DNA of 62,145 bases, filler included, from Basidiobolus ranarum (taxonomy: Eukaryota), in assembly GCA_040143965.1 (NCBI GenBank). It is 23 parts of 23 records of this genome, joined end to end, with 100 filler letters (N's around TTAATTAATTAA, not from the genome) between each part and the next. Parts side by side here need not be neighbours in the genome. Positions count along the whole stretch, not along the records: positions 59,549 to 62,145 come from JASJQH010003163.1; 22 more parts are not named here. The stretch is one strand, 5' to 3'. Each line of letters starts with the position of its first letter. Positions within the stretch are counted from its first letter, which is position 1. This document shows positions 59,724-62,145 of the stretch, piece by piece. The notes below the pieces were generated by a model. It was given only the letters and a program-made list of their open reading frames with translations, searched no databases and was not told the origin of the DNA. The translations under genes and the position numbers were made by a program.

Positions 59724-61976
59724 AAATTCTGCAACTTAAAGATGAAGCCAGGAGAAGATATTAAAACACTAATTAATAGAGTCACTATTTTAGTAGATGA
59801 AATGAAATGCATTGGAGTACCTACTGCTGATCATGATATCATAGTTACAGTCTTGAATAGCCTGCCACACAAGTTTCAGAGCCTAGTAGTGAATCTAGAA
59901 TCAAGAACCAAAAATTTGACCTTAAATTATATATATGGCAGACTTCTGGATGAAGATTTATGCAAATCAGGATCCAACCAAAAGAATGAAGAAAATGCCT
60001 TAAAAGGATATGGGAATCCTTCCTATAAAGGTCTGAAACACTTTAAGAAGAAAAGTAACACATTCTGTGAGTACTATAAAAGAACTGGCCATTTAAGCAA
60101 AGATTGCTTTAAAGGGATTGCAAAAGAAGAAAAATATACTGAATCTGGAAATGTGATTACAACAGAAGATCACTTATTCATATCTGCTCTATCAATGACT
60201 AGCAACAAGGATTCTTGGACATGGCATACTGATTTTGGAGCCTCCCAACATTTCACAAATGAGAAACATTGGTTCGTGGATTATGAAGAAATCCTAATCA
60301 GAAAGTTTTTATGGGAGCTGACCACACATTGAATGCTATTGGAATGGGAACAATTCAAGTCAATTTAACTGGAGCTTCTGAATAGAAAGTTCATACTCTC
60401 AAGGATGTACTACATGTTCCAGATATTGCCAAGAATTTGATAACTGTATGCAAGGCCAACTCAGAAGGGCCAAAATTCAATTATGATAAGTCAGGATGCA
60501 CCATGACTGATCAAAATGGGAATTATTTAGCTTTGGAAGAAAAGGATCAGAATGTACACAAGCTTACATATAGTCCAAGAGGTTTATTTGTAAACATAAG
60601 TTATTCCAATCAAGAAACTATTCAATTATGGCATAAGAGATTAGGTCATATTGGATTTGATTATTTGAGCAAAATGATCAAAAATCACCTAGTTTCTGGA
60701 ATTGAAATTAACCCCCTCCCAACAAAAATGGAAATTTGTGAGAGTTGTATACATGCAAAACAAGCCAAACAACCATTTAAGATTTAAGATGATTTAATCA
60801 AATATGTCAAAAAATTGGATCTAATTTATTCAGATTTGTGTGAACCTATGCCAAATTATCTTAAGGTGGAAAAAGATATTTAATCACATTTATTGATAAT
60901 TATAGAAGATACATTTGGGTCTACTTTTTAGAAAGAAAAGAAGAAGCACTCTCCATCTTTAGTGATCTTAAAACTCTGAAACTGCAACTAAAATCAAGAA
61001 AAAACATGGAAATAATGGTGCAGAATATATTTCAACACTATTTAAGCACTTTTGCAATGTTCAAGCAATTAAGGAAGAAATTGCTGCCCCTTATTCACCT
61101 CAACAAAATGGAGTTGCTGAAAGAGCCAACAGGACCATAATCAAAATGGCTAGCTCTGTGATAAATGCACAAAACTTATCTCATAACTTTTGGGTGGAAT
61201 CTGTTGCTACCGCTGTATATCTGAAGAATAAGAGCTTTACTAGAAGTCTTTCTAACTCTACACCTTATCAAGCTTGGTTTGGAGCTAAACCAAATGCAAA
61301 ACATTTGAGGATCTTTGGATGCATTGTTGATGTCAAAATTATGACCAAAAATTGGTCAAAACATGACCCAAAAAGTAATAAATGTATATTTCAGGGTTAT
61401 TGCACACAAACTAAGGCCTACAGACTCTGTGGTACCAAAATTTCCAAGTTAATCAAGTCCAGGGATGGTTTGTTAAATGAAAGTGCAAAATTTTCACCCA
61501 AAATGACCTCAGATGATGATGAAAATCAATTTTCTCCTGATCCAATCATTCAAATTGATTCAAACCAAAACAATCAAGAAAATAGCATTCCTGTGGACCC
61601 TTCATCCAAAATTCTGCCTACTGAAGTGCCCAATACAATGCCAGAAGTTTTAGTACCTTTATCCCAAACCAGGAGGTCAAATTGGATCAGAAATAGACCT
61701 GATTACTATATCAATGACTCCCAAAATTGGGCTTATGCCTGCACAGCTTAGATACAAGAGCCCCTGACAGTAAAAGAGGCCCTAAATGGCCCTTGCATGA
61801 AATTTTGGAGATCTGCTATGGCTGATGAGTACCAGGCTTTGATTGATAATCAAACTAGAGCTTTGACCATCTTACCTGATGATAGAAGATCAGTTGGCTG
61901 CCAATAGTTATTTAAAGTTGAATGCAGCTCTGATGGCAATATAGAAAGGTACAAGGCAATCCTAGTAGCCAAAGGC
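59724..61976 (+). mobile_element. Degenerate copia family A gag-protease-integrase-RT
   Basis: Zn knuckle CEYYKRTGHLSKDC, WHTDFGASQH, LWHKRLGH..CESC, QQNGVAERANRT, FWVESV, KCIFQGY, LVAKGY; copia domain order. Confidence 0.95.
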
Positions 61977-62145
61977 TATTGGGAAAATATGGGCTGTTTG
62001 GATGAACTTTAGAAAAGTGGAGTTGTGAATAGCTTTTGTGAGATAATTGTTTATTGTCCAGAAATTAAACATTTATACTTTTTGGTGGAAATACAGAAAA
62101 CTAACACTGGGGTTGTGTTCAGAACATCTGTGGGAGTAAAATGAG
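61977..62145 (-). repeat. LTR-D inserted into the copia RT
   Basis: Aligns with 27687-27855. Confidence 0.8.

Overview
This window is not one continuous locus. It is 23 unrelated ~2.6-kb contigs, sorted by decreasing length and joined by artificial 100-bp N44-TTAATTAATTAA-N44 linkers. The DNA is AT-rich and eukaryotic with short GT-AG introns, most likely from an early-diverging fungus (inference). Host genes: ADI1 (5 exons), a homeodomain factor, mitochondrial uL30m, RPL37, HIS7 (5' part), a D-amino-acid oxidase (3' part), fragments of secreted or membrane proteins, two decayed pseudogenes (STT3, alpha-arrestin) and six intronless tRNA genes. More than half of the sequence is nested, CpG-depleted transposon debris: Ty1/copia elements, four LTR families, and a CMC (CACTA/EnSpm-like) DNA transposon. 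Main points of interest: (1) two copia families have a primer-binding site, GGTTATGAGCCCC, that exactly complements the anticodon arm of the initiator tRNA-Met gene in this window (half-tRNA priming), and the ATG inside that site is in frame with gag; (2) a CMC element can be rebuilt from fragments, with CCCTAACA ends (one telomere repeat), ACCGTCA subterminal repeats, and a transposase divergent from a ~580-aa accessory ORF I do not recognise; (3) a tRNA-Ser/tRNA-Ile tandem with a 5-nt spacer; (4) mitochondrial cob and atp9 fragments at contig ends, which are either NUMTs or assembly chimeras.
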